15,152 bases of DNA from an uncultured bacterium (lineage in GTDB: Bacteria; Hydrogenedentota; Hydrogenedentia; Hydrogenedentales; JAEUWI01): positions 1-15,152 of the forward strand of contig CAXBPH010000168.1 in NCBI GenBank assembly GCA_963977445.1, in the 5' to 3' direction. Made by a program: the position numbers and the translations under genes. How positions within the stretch are numbered: position 1 is the stretch's first letter; every line of letters starts with the position of its first letter. Shown here piece after piece: positions 13,540-15,152 of this stretch. The notes below the pieces were generated by a model that saw only the letters and a program-made list of their open reading frames with translations, was not told the origin of the DNA and ran no database searches.

Positions 13540-15152
13540 TCAATCCACGAAATAAAACTCATTGCTACTCAATAGCACCTGCGCATACGCCGTCAGGGCC
13601 TCCGGGTTGGGGTGGCCCAGTTGGGTGAGGGTCTCGTGGGCGAAGTCGCGTTCTGACTCTGTTGGCGGGCGGGCGTAGAGGCGGCGGTAGATCTCCGTAA
13701 CGGTCTTGTCGATGGTCTCGGCGCGGGTGGCGTTGGCGAGGGTTTCGGCGGCGCTCAGGGTCAGGGGGTGGTTCATGAGGAAGAGGGCCTGGGGCGCGAC
13801 GGTTAACTCATTGCGGGCGGGGACGATGCTGGTGGGGTCGGCGCCGTCGAAGAGTTGGGTGTAGGTGTTGAGGTTGGATCGGGTGGTGCGGTAGTAGAGG
13901 GTGCGGCGGGGCGTGGCGAGGTCAACGAAGGCCGGGCCGCCGGGGGTGGTGTCGAGTTGGCCGGTGACAAACATGAGGGCGTCGCGGAGGGATTCGGCGT
14001 CGAGGCGGGTGCGGTTCATGCGTGCGAGGAGGCGGTTCTCGGGGTCGGCGTTGTGGAGGGCTTCGCTGGTGTGGCTGTCTTGTTGCCACGTGGCGCTGTT
14101 GAGGATGAGGCGGTGGATGGCCTTGAGGCTCCAGCCCGATTCGATGAACTGGGTGGCGAGGTAGTCGAGGAGTTCGGGGTGGGTGGGTTCCTGGCCCTGG
14201 ACGCCAAAGTCGCCGGGGGTGCGGACGAGGCCCTGGCCCGTGTGGTGTTGCCAGAGGCGGTTGACCATGACGCGGGCGAGTAGGGGCGCAGCGTCGGTGG
14301 TGAGCCATTGGGCGAGTTCTTCGCGGCCGCTGCCCTGGGTGACGGGCTGGGGCTGGGTGCCGGGGATAATGGCGGGCATCTGTCGGGGTACGAGGTCGCC
14401 GAGGTTGGTGTATTCCCCACGGTGGTGGATGTGGACGTCGTGGATTCCGGCGTGTTCGGTGTTGGGTACGCCGCCTTCCTGGATGCCGATGGCGTAGTCG
14501 AGGGGCTGTTGGACTTCACTTTCGAGGGCGGCAATCCGGATGTCGAGTTCGGCAAATCGAGCCGGGTCGGCCAGGGGAGGCGCATCGACAAAGAAGGGCC
14601 CTGCGGGCGCGGTCAGTTGGTCTACGGCGGCGCGGAGGGGGGACTCGGGGTCGGCACGTCCCGCGTCGATAGCGGCCTGGATGGCGGCGGTGGCCTGGAC
14701 GATCGTGTTGATGTCGCCTCGCCCTTCCTGTACGGCGCGGCGGGCGGTCTGCCAGGGGGCGAAGAGGACGGGGTCGAGCATTGACTTGCCGGTTTCGCGA
14801 AAGAGCCACCACACGTCAGGATTTCCGGCGTTGTCGGCCCAGGGATTGCCGGCGTTGAACTTGGGGACGATGTCGTCGGCCGTGTTCCAGGCGGTGCCGT
14901 CTTCGGCGTGAATCTGAAGTTCCAGTTGGGTGGTGTCGCAGCTGTAGTCCCCCTTGCGCTTCACCGTGAGGAGGAGGTGGTCGCCCTGTTCCACCTGGAG
15001 GGGGGTGGTCACGCTCAAGGGCATCATGCCGCCATTGTCGATGGCACCTTCAGCAATAAGCCGTTCTATCCCGGCGGCACGGTGGGTCAGGGTCCATTGG
15101 ACGCCATCGCCACAGTTGGGGTCGGCATCGGCGACCTGTCCCGAGAGGGTGA
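13540..15152 (-). CDS. PSD1 (DUF1553) domain protein, C-terminal part; probably a DUF1549/DUF1553 planctomycete cytochrome c-type protein, 5'-truncated by the window edge
   Basis: The frame stays open from 15027 to the window end (TLSGQVADADPNCGDGVQWTLTHR...). Motifs GSGREELAQWL, PLLARVMVNRLWQHHTGQGLVRTPGDFG, PTHPELLDYLA, GWSLKAIHRLILNSATWQQ, RLDAESLRD, RRTLY, APQALFLMN, LLSSNEFYFVD*. Confidence 0.93.
   Translation of the reverse strand, partial: TLSGQVADADPNCGDGVQWTLTHRAAGIERLIAEGAIDNGGMMPLSVTTPLQVEQGDHLLLTVKRKGDYSCDTTQLELQIHAEDGTAWNTADDIVPKFNAGNPWADNAGNPDVWWLFRETGKSMLDPVLFAPWQTARRAVQEGRGDINTIVQATAAIQAAIDAGRADPESPLRAAVDQLTAPAGPFFVDAPPLADPARFAELDIRIAALESEVQQPLDYAIGIQEGGVPNTEHAGIHDVHIHHRGEYTNLGDLVPRQMPAIIPGTQPQPVTQGSGREELAQWLTTDAAPLLARVMVNRLWQHHTGQGLVRTPGDFGVQGQEPTHPELLDYLATQFIESGWSLKAIHRLILNSATWQQDSHTSEALHNADPENRLLARMNRTRLDAESLRDALMFVTGQLDTTPGGPAFVDLATPRRTLYYRTTRSNLNTYTQLFDGADPTSIVPARNELTVAPQALFLMNHPLTLSAAETLANATRAETIDKTVTEIYRRLYARPPTESERDFAHETLTQLGHPNPEALTAYAQVLLSSNEFYFVD

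Overview
Bacterial genomic window, probably from a Planctomycetota/Verrucomicrobiota/Hydrogenedentota-type lineage (inferred from the PSD1/DUF1553 and DUF1501 genes). Left to right: (1) the 3' end of a LamG/ConA-like jellyroll protein gene; (2) a palindrome-rich spacer between convergent genes; (3) a secreted ~744-aa beta-propeller plus helical-domain protein on the minus strand; (4) a three-gene signalling operon with overlapping ORFs: membrane PAS histidine kinase, Rcp1-like single-domain receiver, and REC-PAS-PAS-PAS-HisKA-HATPase-REC hybrid kinase; (5) a DUF1501 gene and, at the right edge, the 3' part of a PSD1 (DUF1553) gene, which normally lie adjacent. Here about 2.1 kb separates them. 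That interval holds a frameshifted DUF2726/topoisomerase-zinc-ribbon gene, an intact IS200-like Y1 HUH nuclease (TnpA, no TnpB), and an array of three-hairpin repeat units: three tandem copies with a 114-bp period plus two diverged copies in the opposite orientation, one with compensatory stem changes. This HUH nuclease plus structured-repeat module (REPtron-like) is the most interesting element. All calls come from reading the sequence and recognising motifs; no searches were run.
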